Positions 37,332 to 46,602 of a DNA stretch of 64,000 nt are shown piece after piece. The stretch is from a virus. A program made the translations under genes and the position numbers. The first letter of the stretch is position 1; every line of letters starts with the position of its first letter. Where the stretch lies: IMG/VR virus record IMGVR_UViG_3300042090_002148; one strand, given 5' to 3'. A model generated the notes under the pieces. That model was not told where the DNA came from. It made no database searches and worked only from the letters and a program-made list of their open reading frames with translations.

Positions 37332-38616
37332 GGACGTCTGGGTTCCCTCCAGTGATCGTTCCCAGCACCTTGCCGATGAGCAGGAGGTTCCCTGGCGACG
37401 GGATGATCTGCAGCATCGCAGACACGGGAGTGCCTGGCACAGGAGGCGACTGCAGCGTGATGGCCACCTGCATCATCGGCGAAGCCGCGGTGAACGGCTG
37501 CGTAACGTCGATGGGCGTTGTTACAACGTCACCCTGTCGACCCACTGGCAGTGTCCCCGCGCCGAGTCGCACGACCTTCCCCTTGATGTTCGTGTACGAC
37601 CCTCCGTCGATGTCGATGCCGTTCACTGCGGTCACCGAGATGGAGTCCTCACAGGTGAGCGTCACGGTGCCCGTCACATCGAAGGTGAGGTTCTTCGTGA
37701 CCTGGAAGTAGAAGTTGCCGGCGAAGCGTGTGAGCCCGTTACCCTGTCGGTCGAAGGTGAACTTCATCACCGAAGCAGCGACCGCGCCGCTCAGCGCCTC
37801 CCCTGTCTGGGTGTTGAAGCCCTTCGGAGAGACCGTCACCTCGTAGACGATGGGGTTGCTTCCCTTGCCGTCGTCGCCGGCGCCCACACCCGCTGTGCCG
37901 ATGCCGGTCTGGTCGGGCTCAGGGATGGGGTTGGTCACGTAGCCAGAGGCGATCTTGATGTCGGCCGCTGCGTCGTTCGCGAACACCCGCAGCGTCTGCA
38001 TGAACGTCGCCGGGTACTGCGTGATGGAGGGCCCGGTCTGGATGCCCCATGCGATGGTGCCACCAGCGTTGTCGTGCTCGTAGTTCTGGCTGATGTCGAT
38101 GACCTGGTTGTTCAGCGGGATGAAGATGCGCTGCGCGAGCTCGGTGGATCCGATCTGCAGGACGCCGCCTCGACGCAGGATGATGAAGTTGTCGTCGCGC
38201 GTGCGGAACCAAAGGTCCCCGGGGTTGGCCGGAGGGCGCCCACCCGCGAAGCTAGAATCGGTCGAGTTCGCCGCAGGAGCTCCGTGTGAAGAGGTACCCT
38301 GCGGCGCATCGGCCGCGGAGGCATCGACGGTCTCGGACGTCATGACGAAGCACATCACGAACGGTGGCGAGGTGTCGCTCGGGATCGCCACCATCACCGT
38401 CGCGTTGACCTCCGGGATCACGTACATGCCCTCGCCGTTCGAGTGATGCAGGTACGGAGAGCCGACCGAGATGCCCTTGTAGAAGGTGCGGTCGAACTGT
38501 CCCTGGACGTCGACCGTCCAGTTGTTCAGGTTGTAGTTCACAACCTTGCCCTGGACGATGCGTCCCGCGTCGTGCCCCTGCCGACTCGTGAAGGAGGTGC
38601 GAAACTTGGTCGCCAC
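37324..38616 (-). CDS. Baseplate central spike (gp5/gpV/VgrG-like)
   Basis: N-terminal OB fold GKVVNYN...WTVDV...IPEVNATVMV; beta-repeat C-terminus VRLG...VGRQGDVV...GTITGG. Confidence 0.7.
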   Translation of the reverse strand: MATKFRTSFTSRQGHDAGRIVQGKVVNYNLNNWTVDVQGQFDRTFYKGISVGSPYLHHSNGEGMYVIPEVNATVMVAIPSDTSPPFVMCFVMTSETVDASAADAPQGTSSHGAPAANSTDSSFAGGRPPANPGDLWFRTRDDNFIILRRGGVLQIGSTELAQRIFIPLNNQVIDISQNYEHDNAGGTIAWGIQTGPSITQYPATFMQTLRVFANDAAADIKIASGYVTNPIPEPDQTGIGTAGVGAGDDGKGSNPIVYEVTVSPKGFNTQTGEALSGAVAASVMKFTFDRQGNGLTRFAGNFYFQVTKNLTFDVTGTVTLTCEDSISVTAVNGIDIDGGSYTNIKGKVVRLGAGTLPVGRQGDVVTTPIDVTQPFTAASPMMQVAITLQSPPVPGTPVSAMLQIIPSPGNLLLIGKVLGTITGGNPDVLA

Positions 38617-38622
38617 GAGCTG

Positions 38623-38628
38623 ACTCTA
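38623..38628 (-). promoter_or_regulatory. Candidate -10 TAGAGT, 6 nt before GTG
   Basis: TAGAGTcagctcGTG; a GAGG further upstream makes this ambiguous. Confidence 0.4.
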
Positions 38629-38630
38629 CC

Positions 38631-41600
38631 TCAGTAGTGGTGCGGCGCGACGTCTTTGAGGTGACCTTGCCCTGGAACGAGGGAGTCCTTCTTGGTCAGC
38701 CCGATCTCTGCGCCGAACGCCAGAGCGGGAATGGGATGCGTGCCGTGGATGAGGGAAACACCGTGGACGGCCGCGGCCTCCTGAAGCGTTTCGCGCAGGT
38801 GGTTGTGCTGCAGCTTCGCCATCCAGTCCTCGTGGAGCTCGCGCGGCATGATGTCGATGCCCTTGAGGACCGGGGTGTGCTCGATGGGTGCCTTGCCGGC
38901 GTGAACGAGCTCCTCGTTCATCTTCCGAACAACAGGGAGCGGACGGAACTCTCCACGCAGAACACTGTCATGGTCTCCTGGATCTTCCACGCGGGTGAGG
39001 CTGCCCATCGACTTCACCACCATCTCGATGGCACGGCGCTTGAGGCCCTCGTTCTTGTACAGATCGAAGATGGACTCCGTCAGGTGGTTCTGGACCTTGT
39101 CCATCGAGCCGGTGGCCGCGAAGAGATGGTGCGGGTTCACCACGGTACGGTTCGGATCCGAGAGACGCTGCCCAGCCTCGACCTTCATCCCTACCTTCGG
39201 CGGGAACCACGGCCTGTAGCCGGCGATCACGGAAGCTCCAGGCAGGTTCTCGTGCAGGGCAAAGCCGCCGGCGTCCTTGCCGACGTGGTGCTTGCGCCCG
39301 CCCACGAAGATGTCCACGCCCGTGGCGGTCGGCTGGATCTTGTCGATGGTCCCCGCGGCGCTAGCGATGGTCGCCTGATTCGCGAGCTTCTTCGGCAGCC
39401 GGAGGAGGTTGTCGAAGTGCGCGAAGGCGCTGAGCAGCTTCGAGCCACCCTGCTCGCTGACACCGCCTGTGTGGAAGCTCTTGAGGGTGAGCTGGACTGC
39501 ACGCTCCCCTACGGCATGCGCCGCCTGGATTCCGACGTTCGTCCCGAGCTCGTAGTGCTGTCCCCCGGAGGTGAGGCCTGCGCACTTCTGACAGACGCCG
39601 TGTTCTTCCTCGCACTTCAGCGGCGAGCGCACCACGATGTTGGCGTGCGGGTCGGCTGCACGAATCTTCCCGACGTCTGCCGGTGTGAGCAGCGTGTTCG
39701 CGGGGATGTGTACGTTGCCGTGGTTGAAGTCCTGCTGGAGATAGCGGTCGTGGACGTCGGGCTCGTTGATGCCGAGCGCGATGCCTTCCTTCGTCCCGCA
39801 GTCGTGGCTGTTCACGAGCACGTTCATCATGCTCTGCATCAGCACCTTTGAGAGCGCGCCGGGCTTCTCGACCTCCTGCACCTTCATCACGGCGCCGCGG
39901 CGAGCTCCGTGCATCTGGGTCCAGTAGCTGCCCATGTCGAGCCCCTCGGAGTAGCTCTTCGTGACAGCGTTAGGGATGGGGCGGTCGTGGGCGTCGCGGT
40001 AGATCATCGGAGCCAGGACCATCTGACGGTACTGATCCCATCCAGGCTTCACACCGGCCTTGTACATCGTGAAGAGGTTGCTCGGGTTCTCCTCCTGGCT
40101 CTTCACGTGGAGCGCCTTCATCTCCGTGGCTGCCTCGTTGTACAACGCGACGACCTGGTGGTCCTTCTGCGCTTGGGTGAGCTTCGTGTTCGCCGCGACC
40201 TGCTTCACCTTCTCCTCGATAGGCCGCAGTGCCTTCTCTCGAGAGGCGACGTCCGGCACGAAGTCCTTGAGCGAGAGGGAGTGCGTGGGCATCGGCACGA
40301 AGATGCTCTTGTGCGGGTCGAGCGCGGCGTTGTGTGCTCCTCCCTTCCCGAGCTCGAACGGGTGACCGATGCCGGTGGGCCGTGGCACCAGCACCGAACC
40401 GAAGGCCGCACCGTTGCCGAGGTCCTTGAGCTTGTTCACCGAGCTGTCGTAGCTCGCGGTGTGCTCCTTCGCGATGCGTGTGAGCAGCTTGTCGAGCCCC
40501 TTCGTTCCGCCGTCCTTCGTACCAGCGTTGTCCAGGCGGTACTGCATGTCGTGCATCATGTGCGCCTCGAGGTCAGGTGGCACCGCGCTGGACAGGAGCA
40601 CACGACCTGGGGTGGTCACACCGCCGGGGAGGTGGACCTGGTCCGTCATCTGGACATGGCCCTTCTGCACTGCGGACAACACCTCCGCCGGGTTCGCGTA
40701 CTTCTTCCCCGTGTCCTTTCCAACCACCGAGAGCTTGTACAGCCCGAGTGCGCTCTCGAGCGTGGGCTGGTACATGCTCTTGCCCGAGGCATCACTGAAG
40801 AGGTTGTTCGAGGGGTACATCTTGCGCGCCTCGGCCTTGGCTGCCTCCGTGATGGGCACGTACACGCTCATCGTGTCGCCGTCGAAGTCCGCGTTGAAGC
40901 CCCCGGTCACGAGGGGATGGATCTTGATGGCGTTGCCCTCGACCGCGCGCGCCTTGAACGCCTGGATGCTGTACTTGTGCAGCACCGGGTCGCGCTTCAG
41001 CAGCACGGGATGGTCCGCCATCACCTTGTCGAGCGCCTTCCAGACCTGCGCGTTCGGCTTCACGAGCAGCGGAGGCGCGTCCATCTCTGCGTGGATGGCG
41101 CCCATCTCCTTGAGCTTCCTCACCACGAAGGGACGGAACAAGTTGAGCGCAGCGTTCTTCGGTAGGCCCACCTCGTCGAGACCGAGCGCGGGCTCAGGCA
41201 CGATGGTGGACCTCATCGACAGGTCCTGACGCCGACTCAGCAGCACGTTCTGGAAGTAGCCATACTTCGGCGAGCTCCCTGCGATGCGGTGGAGGATGCC
41301 CTTCTCCTTGGCGTCTGCGTACGGTGTCCCGACGCCCATGAGCGCCTTGACCCCGTCGTAGTAGTCGACGCGCAGGTCCCGCTTACCGGACTCGAGGATG
41401 TTCTGCTTGATGACCGGATCCTTGAGCTCGTCGTTGACCTTCGCGAAGTCTGAGTAGAGCTGGTTCAGGTCGTCTGGCTTCAGGCTCCCGTCCGGCATCG
41501 GAGTGATGGGGCGCATCACCGGAGGGAGCACGGGCAGGTGGTGCAGGATGTACGCCTCGCTCGGCTTCAGCTTCAGGTCATGAAGCGCGCGCAAGAACTT

Positions 41601-44600
41601 CACACGCTTCAACGCCGGATCGATCTTCGCCCCTGTCGCGTGGTCTAGTGCCAGCTGCGCAGGGCCGATCTCCTTGCGAACATCCACACGATCGAGGAGC
41701 AGCTTGATGCCAGCGCCTCCGGTGGCGCCCTTGTTAGGGTCGGTGAGCTGTCCGGTAGCGGTCACGCCCTTCTCGCCGTGGACGATGGACTGGAAGTCCT
41801 TCTTGCCGATCTGCGCCACGCTGCAGATGGCCTTCTCGAAGAAGGGGTTGGGCAGCGGCTCGGCGAGCTCGATGTGCGTCCAGTGTCGGCCGCCGTGCCC
41901 ACCGGTAAGGCGCTCGTCGAAGAGTCCGCCGGTGCGCGGCTTGAGCTCTCCCTTCGAGTCGAGCTTCGTGTTGAGACGCTCGGCCGCATGAGGCAGTGCC
42001 TTGGGCGCTAGCTCGAGGACCTGCGCGTCCGTCATCGGGGAGAGCGCGATGCTGTGTCCGACCTTGTCCACGTTCACGCCGGTCGCCCGCAGCATGTCGG
42101 TGAACTTCTGGTAAGCGAAGGTCGGCTTCGGTGGCGGGATGAGCCCGCCCGACTGGATGGCTGCCCAGATCTTGTTGTGGTCGCTCGGCCACGCCTTGCG
42201 TGGATCGGTCTGGGGGTCCACGCCTTCGGACTTGTACGTCTGCATCTCGCGCAGGTTGGCCTTCGCCCCATGCGCCAAGAGCGCGTAGAGATCGAGGCCG
42301 CCGATGGACGGACCACCGGTGCCCGAACCTCCCACCGGCTGCAGGTTCAGGTCATAGCCCTCGGGCTGTGTTCCGGGGATGTTCATCCCACTGCGCACCG
42401 AGAGCTTCTTCTCGACCTGATGCACGAGCTTGAGCAGGTGCTGCGGGCCCACAAGCGCCTTGCCCAGGGACTGGTGCGTATGGGGGTCGAAGAGCTCCTC
42501 GGTGTCCTCGAGACCGTGAGCCTTGAGATCCGCGGTCACTTTCTCGAGCGCGTTGAACTTCGGCTGGAAGTTCTGGACGATGTACGGCTTGCCTGTCTTC
42601 AGTGCGATCTTGCCGGCAGCGGTCTCGAGGACCTGACCCACGTTCATGCGGCCCGGTACACCGGAGGGGTTGAGCGCCACCTCGATGTGCTTGCCATCCT
42701 TCGTGTGGGGCATCTCCTTGTCCGGGAGGATCATCGTGCAGATGCCCTTGTTGCCGTAGCGACCGGCCAGCTTGTCGCCCACCTGCATGGGTTCCACGGT
42801 GCGCACGTGCACCGTCACGCCCTCCTTGGTGTGGTGGACGCCGACGACCTCGCCGTCGAACTCGCTGTCCCACCGCAGACTCTTGTCCACGTGCGCGGCA
42901 GCCATGATCTTGCGGACCGCGGCCATCCCCGTACGGTCCTTGAGCTGATAGGGCTTCATCGCCGTGATGAGCGGGTCGCCTGGCTTGACCGTCTGGCCGA
43001 CGCGGATGATGCCCTTGTCGTCGAGCTTGTCGAACTGCTTGTTGTTGTAGAGCCCGTGGTGCTCCAGCATGAAGCGCTTCTTGTCGAGCACCAGCGTGTC
43101 CTCGAGCGGCAACGAGGGCTTGTGCATGTGTGCGCTGGAGAGCGCGTCTGCGGCGCTCTGACTGATGACGACGCCGTCCTCGAAGTTGTATCCCTTGAAC
43201 GGGATGTACGCGACGCGCAGGTTCGTACCGAGCGCCAACACCCCCTTCTTCGAGTAGTTCGTGTCGGCCACCACCTGGTTCTTCTTCACGCGGTCACCGA
43301 CAGCAACGATGGGCGTGGAGTCGAGCACCCCCTTCGCCTCGTTGACCGGGAAGTTGTGGTAGATCTGGACCTCGTGCTTCTCCCCTGTGTCGCTGTGGAT
43401 GGTCACGCCATGTGGGGTCACCGCAGTGACCTTGCCGTCCGCCGGCGACGTGTGTGAGGTGAGCCCTCCCATGAGGCGCTCGAACGTCTGACCGCCCTCC
43501 GTGCTGGCTCCGGTGCCCACCTGTACGAGCGCGGGCTCACGGTGCACGAGGGAGATGGCCTGCTCCATGTGACGACTCGCCATCGAGGCGCGTCCACCCG
43601 AGGTGTTCGCCAGGAACGGCAGCAGGTTCGACGTCATGTTGAAGAGCTGGCTGGGGTAGCGAACGGCGTACTGGGCGTCGGCGAACTTCCCCTGCCGCAC
43701 GTCGTCCCCACCACCCGTCATCTGGACCATGTCGCTGATGGGATGGGGCTTGCCGTCCACCCAGTGCACCTGGTCAGGCAGCACGATGCGTACCTTGGAG
43801 GCTTCTCCGGGGGACACGAGGTCGTACTTGCCGGTCTTCAGGTTGTAGAGCCGGATGCGCGCCTCACCGCGAGGCTCACCGTTCACGACGTGGTCGACCT
43901 TCTGCAGTCCGAAGGGAAGGCGCAGGGTCACCCCTGTCGACGCGCCCTCGGGGGTGTTGATGGGGTCGAGGAAGCCGAGGTGGCTGGCATTGATGAACTT
44001 CACCTCGTCCTTGATCTGCCGATCGCTCTGGATGCCGCCGGGTCCCATGACCGTGGTCTGGAAAGATGCGGCCAGCATCTCCACCGGGTTGATCTGAGCT
44101 GCTGGCCCGGCCGCCGCGTTCTTCTGGAACGTCTCGAGGATGGGCTTGTTGAACATCCCGATCTGAACCACGTCACGAACGTTCTTCGCGGCGTTGATCT
44201 TGGCGGAGATCTTCCGCTGGATGACCTTGCGGCCGGCATCGAGGATGCGCTCGTGCGCGAAGTCACCCACCGAGCGGAGGTCCTTGAAGATGAGGGACTC
44301 GCGGTCGTCTTCCTTCTCACCGCCCTGCACCCGCAGGAGCTTCTGCGTGGCGCGCGTGAGTGCGTCTCCTGTGACGTGCTCGAAGGGCTTGCCCAGCGTG
44401 AGCTCCGTGGAGTCGGGCCGTAGCGTGGAGGCCGTCATCATGTCGTAGAAGTGAGCTGCCGCGGCCTCCCTGTCCGGGGCCGCGACCTTCTTCGTGCTCT
44501 TGTAGAAGGTGGCGAGCGCGCTGTCCTTCTTCGCGGCGTTCTTGTTCGCCTCGTAGACCTCCTTGCCCCAGGCCTTCTCAAGTGCCGCGTCGTCGACACC

Positions 44601-45140
44601 CAGCGTCTTCACGAGCTGGTAGAGCGGGATCTTGCTCGCGCTCTTGCCGTACTCCATGTGGAAGACCTTGCTGTCCGGGTCGAAGACGACGTCGAAGCTC
44701 TTGCGATTCTTGATGTTGAAGCGCGTCTCGAGCTCGCCGTTACTGCGCCGCTGCGTGTAGACGCCGGGCTTGAGCTGCCACTGGTTGTTGACCTGGTACT
44801 CCTTGGCGCCGCTGCGCGAGGCCACGATGTACGAGTACCGGTTCGTCATCTTCGGAATGTCGGCGATGCGCATCTTGCGCGAGTCCACGACGGCCCCGGT
44901 CGCGTTGTCGCGCAGCGTGAGGTTGGCGTACACCGGGACGGACCACGTCTCACCGGCGAGCTTGTGCGCGTGCTGGTCGCGGATGTCCGATGGATCCTTG
45001 TCGTCCTTGATGCTCAGCCCGTCGAGGTGGAGTGACTGAGCCTTCCCCTTGATGACGCCATCCGGGAATTGGCTCTTGATCCCCTCGAGCACGCGCTGCT
45101 GGAGGTTCTCGGACGCTTCTTTGGGATCCAGGTAGGCCAA
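38631..45140 (-). CDS. rpoBC: Fused beta-beta' multisubunit-type DNA-directed RNA polymerase (~2169 aa)
   Basis: Beta motifs DPINTPEG, GYNFEDGVVIS, GDKLAGRYGNKG, LNPSGVPGRMNVGQ; beta' motifs LPVLPPVMRP, LLKRDPVLH, NADFDGD (40875-40895), HGARRG bridge helix, QLTLKSFHTGG trigger loop. Likely TTG start with GAGG SD. Confidence 0.95.
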   Translation of the reverse strand: MAYLDPKEASENLQQRVLEGIKSQFPDGVIKGKAQSLHLDGLSIKDDKDPSDIRDQHAHKLAGETWSVPVYANLTLRDNATGAVVDSRKMRIADIPKMTNRYSYIVASRSGAKEYQVNNQWQLKPGVYTQRRSNGELETRFNIKNRKSFDVVFDPDSKVFHMEYGKSASKIPLYQLVKTLGVDDAALEKAWGKEVYEANKNAAKKDSALATFYKSTKKVAAPDREAAAAHFYDMMTASTLRPDSTELTLGKPFEHVTGDALTRATQKLLRVQGGEKEDDRESLIFKDLRSVGDFAHERILDAGRKVIQRKISAKINAAKNVRDVVQIGMFNKPILETFQKNAAAGPAAQINPVEMLAASFQTTVMGPGGIQSDRQIKDEVKFINASHLGFLDPINTPEGASTGVTLRLPFGLQKVDHVVNGEPRGEARIRLYNLKTGKYDLVSPGEASKVRIVLPDQVHWVDGKPHPISDMVQMTGGGDDVRQGKFADAQYAVRYPSQLFNMTSNLLPFLANTSGGRASMASRHMEQAISLVHREPALVQVGTGASTEGGQTFERLMGGLTSHTSPADGKVTAVTPHGVTIHSDTGEKHEVQIYHNFPVNEAKGVLDSTPIVAVGDRVKKNQVVADTNYSKKGVLALGTNLRVAYIPFKGYNFEDGVVISQSAADALSSAHMHKPSLPLEDTLVLDKKRFMLEHHGLYNNKQFDKLDDKGIIRVGQTVKPGDPLITAMKPYQLKDRTGMAAVRKIMAAAHVDKSLRWDSEFDGEVVGVHHTKEGVTVHVRTVEPMQVGDKLAGRYGNKGICTMILPDKEMPHTKDGKHIEVALNPSGVPGRMNVGQVLETAAGKIALKTGKPYIVQNFQPKFNALEKVTADLKAHGLEDTEELFDPHTHQSLGKALVGPQHLLKLVHQVEKKLSVRSGMNIPGTQPEGYDLNLQPVGGSGTGGPSIGGLDLYALLAHGAKANLREMQTYKSEGVDPQTDPRKAWPSDHNKIWAAIQSGGLIPPPKPTFAYQKFTDMLRATGVNVDKVGHSIALSPMTDAQVLELAPKALPHAAERLNTKLDSKGELKPRTGGLFDERLTGGHGGRHWTHIELAEPLPNPFFEKAICSVAQIGKKDFQSIVHGEKGVTATGQLTDPNKGATGGAGIKLLLDRVDVRKEIGPAQLALDHATGAKIDPALKRVKFLRALHDLKLKPSEAYILHHLPVLPPVMRPITPMPDGSLKPDDLNQLYSDFAKVNDELKDPVIKQNILESGKRDLRVDYYDGVKALMGVGTPYADAKEKGILHRIAGSSPKYGYFQNVLLSRRQDLSMRSTIVPEPALGLDEVGLPKNAALNLFRPFVVRKLKEMGAIHAEMDAPPLLVKPNAQVWKALDKVMADHPVLLKRDPVLHKYSIQAFKARAVEGNAIKIHPLVTGGFNADFDGDTMSVYVPITEAAKAEARKMYPSNNLFSDASGKSMYQPTLESALGLYKLSVVGKDTGKKYANPAEVLSAVQKGHVQMTDQVHLPGGVTTPGRVLLSSAVPPDLEAHMMHDMQYRLDNAGTKDGGTKGLDKLLTRIAKEHTASYDSSVNKLKDLGNGAAFGSVLVPRPTGIGHPFELGKGGAHNAALDPHKSIFVPMPTHSLSLKDFVPDVASREKALRPIEEKVKQVAANTKLTQAQKDHQVVALYNEAATEMKALHVKSQEENPSNLFTMYKAGVKPGWDQYRQMVLAPMIYRDAHDRPIPNAVTKSYSEGLDMGSYWTQMHGARRGAVMKVQEVEKPGALSKVLMQSMMNVLVNSHDCGTKEGIALGINEPDVHDRYLQQDFNHGNVHIPANTLLTPADVGKIRAADPHANIVVRSPLKCEEEHGVCQKCAGLTSGGQHYELGTNVGIQAAHAVGERAVQLTLKSFHTGGVSEQGGSKLLSAFAHFDNLLRLPKKLANQATIASAAGTIDKIQPTATGVDIFVGGRKHHVGKDAGGFALHENLPGASVIAGYRPWFPPKVGMKVEAGQRLSDPNRTVVNPHHLFAATGSMDKVQNHLTESIFDLYKNEGLKRRAIEMVVKSMGSLTRVEDPGDHDSVLRGEFRPLPVVRKMNEELVHAGKAPIEHTPVLKGIDIMPRELHEDWMAKLQHNHLRETLQEAAAVHGVSLIHGTHPIPALAFGAEIGLTKKDSLVPGQGHLKDVAPHHY

Positions 45141-45158
45141 CGGATGTACCTCAGCATC

Positions 45159-45164
45159 AGCGTA
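45159..45164 (-). promoter_or_regulatory. -10 TACGCT upstream of the RNAP gene; TTGCAC 18 nt upstream
   Basis: TTGCAC-18-TACGCT-gatgctgaggtacatccgTTG. Confidence 0.5.
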
Positions 45165-45220
45165 CCGCGCGGCAGGAAAGCGGTGCAAGCAACGTGTGGA
45201 TGCGGGGACAAGGATCTCGC

Positions 45221-45358
45221 ATGAAACAGACACCTAAACAGCCGCCGCCTACGCAAGGAGCTCGCTTCGCGGATCTCATCGCGGAGATGTTCGAGCCCAG
45301 AAAGAACAACGAACAGAAGACAGAAGAAGACGAGAAACGAGATAAGAAAACTGCGTGA
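45221..45358 (+). CDS. Small charged protein (45 aa)
   Basis: Hand translation MKQTPKQ...KRDKKTA; AAGGA SD; GTGA overlap with the next ORF. Confidence 0.4.
   Translation: MKQTPKQPPPTQGARFADLIAEMFEPRKNNEQKTEEDEKRDKKTA
45339..45354 (+). promoter_or_regulatory. GAGATAAGAAAACTGC motif (candidate phage promoter or operator)
   Basis: 15/16 match to 55181-55196. Confidence 0.45.
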
Positions 45359-45546
45359 ACACGCTGTGGAAGTACTTCATCGCGGGCCTTCTGAATGGAC
45401 TCATGATCTGGATGCGCGAACGACTCAAGGAGGATGATGCTGCTCAACGTCTACGAAACGCGTCCGGAGGTGATCCCCGGAACGCGCCGACTGGAGGCGG
45501 ACTTCGGGATCCAAGGCCAGCGCCTCCGGGACCTGCACAACGCTGA
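45355..45546 (+). CDS. Small hydrophobic peptide (run-on overlap)
   Basis: MNTLWKYFIAGLLNGLMIWM hydrophobic N-terminus. Confidence 0.35.
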   Translation: MNTLWKYFIAGLLNGLMIWMRERLKEDDAAQRLRNASGGDPRNAPTGGGLRDPRPAPPGPAQR

Positions 45547-46024
45547 ACGGTTCTGGGAGGTGGGCGAGTCCTACCTCCCTTTCTACGGCCGCGCCCTCGG
45601 CGGCATACGCGTCAAGCTTACGGACCAGAAGGGCTTCATCACGTTCTGCAACCAGCGTGACTTCGAGGTGCTTCTGGGGATGGCGCGCCCTGGCGAATGG
45701 TGTCGCTGGGCGCACGAGGAGTACGTCGCACCCGGCCACGAGAAGTGGGTGGGCTTCTGCTGCGACGAAGCGGATGTCGAGGACGTGTTGTTCGGAGCCG
45801 AGCTGACGCTCCGACAGTACAGCCAGTACAACGGCTGGCTCATTCCTCCGATGGACGTGGAGTTCCGCATCCACGTCGAGGCCGGGTACGACGTCGAAGA
45901 AACGCACGTACTCATCCTGGACCACGACCCGGAGACGGGGCTGGGTCCCGACACACAACTCGAGACGCTTCATCGCCGATGGGCGCGCTCAGAAAGGAGG
46001 CGTATCCAATGGAACCGGGTCTGA
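45434..46024 (+). CDS. Hypothetical protein
   Basis: AAGGAGG SD; high GC3. Confidence 0.75.
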   Translation: MMLLNVYETRPEVIPGTRRLEADFGIQGQRLRDLHNAERFWEVGESYLPFYGRALGGIRVKLTDQKGFITFCNQRDFEVLLGMARPGEWCRWAHEEYVAPGHEKWVGFCCDEADVEDVLFGAELTLRQYSQYNGWLIPPMDVEFRIHVEAGYDVEETHVLILDHDPETGLGPDTQLETLHRRWARSERRRIQWNRV

Positions 46025-46602
46025 CTCTTCCCCCTGCACCCCGGCGCAACTCGGGCAACAACTGCGCCGACCCTGACTGTGACGCCACGCTGTTCTACGG
46101 CGACGAGGTCGTCCGCATCCAGGTTGTCTTCGCTCAACGCGGAGACGGCGAGATTCTCCAGTACCCAGTTCTCGACGAGGAAGATCCGGCCCGGGACTTC
46201 TTGTTCGAGCCGTACTACTTCTGCATGGACTGCTGGAGCAAGACGTACGAGTTCGCGAAGAGCGAGCTCGCAGATCAGCTGCCTGTGTCCGACGTGCACA
46301 GCGTCTTCGAGTGCTCCTTCTGTGCGAGCGGTATCCGCGAGGTGACGGAGTACGCGGGCGTCGCCGAGATCGGAGAGTTCGAGCTCTCCAAGCGCGCGCC
46401 GGACGGACTGAAGGGGCCGATCTTCGTGGTCACCGCAAAGCCGATGCTCCTCTGCATCAGCTGCCTCCAACTCATCAACGAGGGCTACATCGAGCTCTGG
46501 TCGAACCTTTCACAGAACAACGAGTGCATCGACTGCTGCACCGCGCGTTGCTGGCGCGCTCCCTGTTCCTGTACCTGCCACACGGAAGAGACCCCCGAAT
46601 GA
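46009..46602 (+). CDS. Cys-rich putative multi-zinc protein
   Basis: CADPDC, CMDC, CSFC, CISC, CIDCC, CSCTC; AAGGAGG SD. Confidence 0.75.
   Translation: MEPGLTLPPAPRRNSGNNCADPDCDATLFYGDEVVRIQVVFAQRGDGEILQYPVLDEEDPARDFLFEPYYFCMDCWSKTYEFAKSELADQLPVSDVHSVFECSFCASGIREVTEYAGVAEIGEFELSKRAPDGLKGPIFVVTAKPMLLCISCLQLINEGYIELWSNLSQNNECIDCCTARCWRAPCSCTCHTEETPE

Noticed and set aside
45141-45233. ORF-track N-terminal extensions (RNAP to 45233; also 35739, 27938, 24587, 21564, 13396 and 1752)
   Set aside because: They overlap promoters or neighbouring genes and lack SD or coding-like usage; starts were trimmed.
45296-45350. Purine-rich low-complexity tract in the RNAP divergent region (similar tract at 2555-2625)
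   Set aside because: It is explained by Lys/Glu/Asn codons of a small ORF or by ordinary AT-richer promoter DNA; it is not a true tandem repeat.
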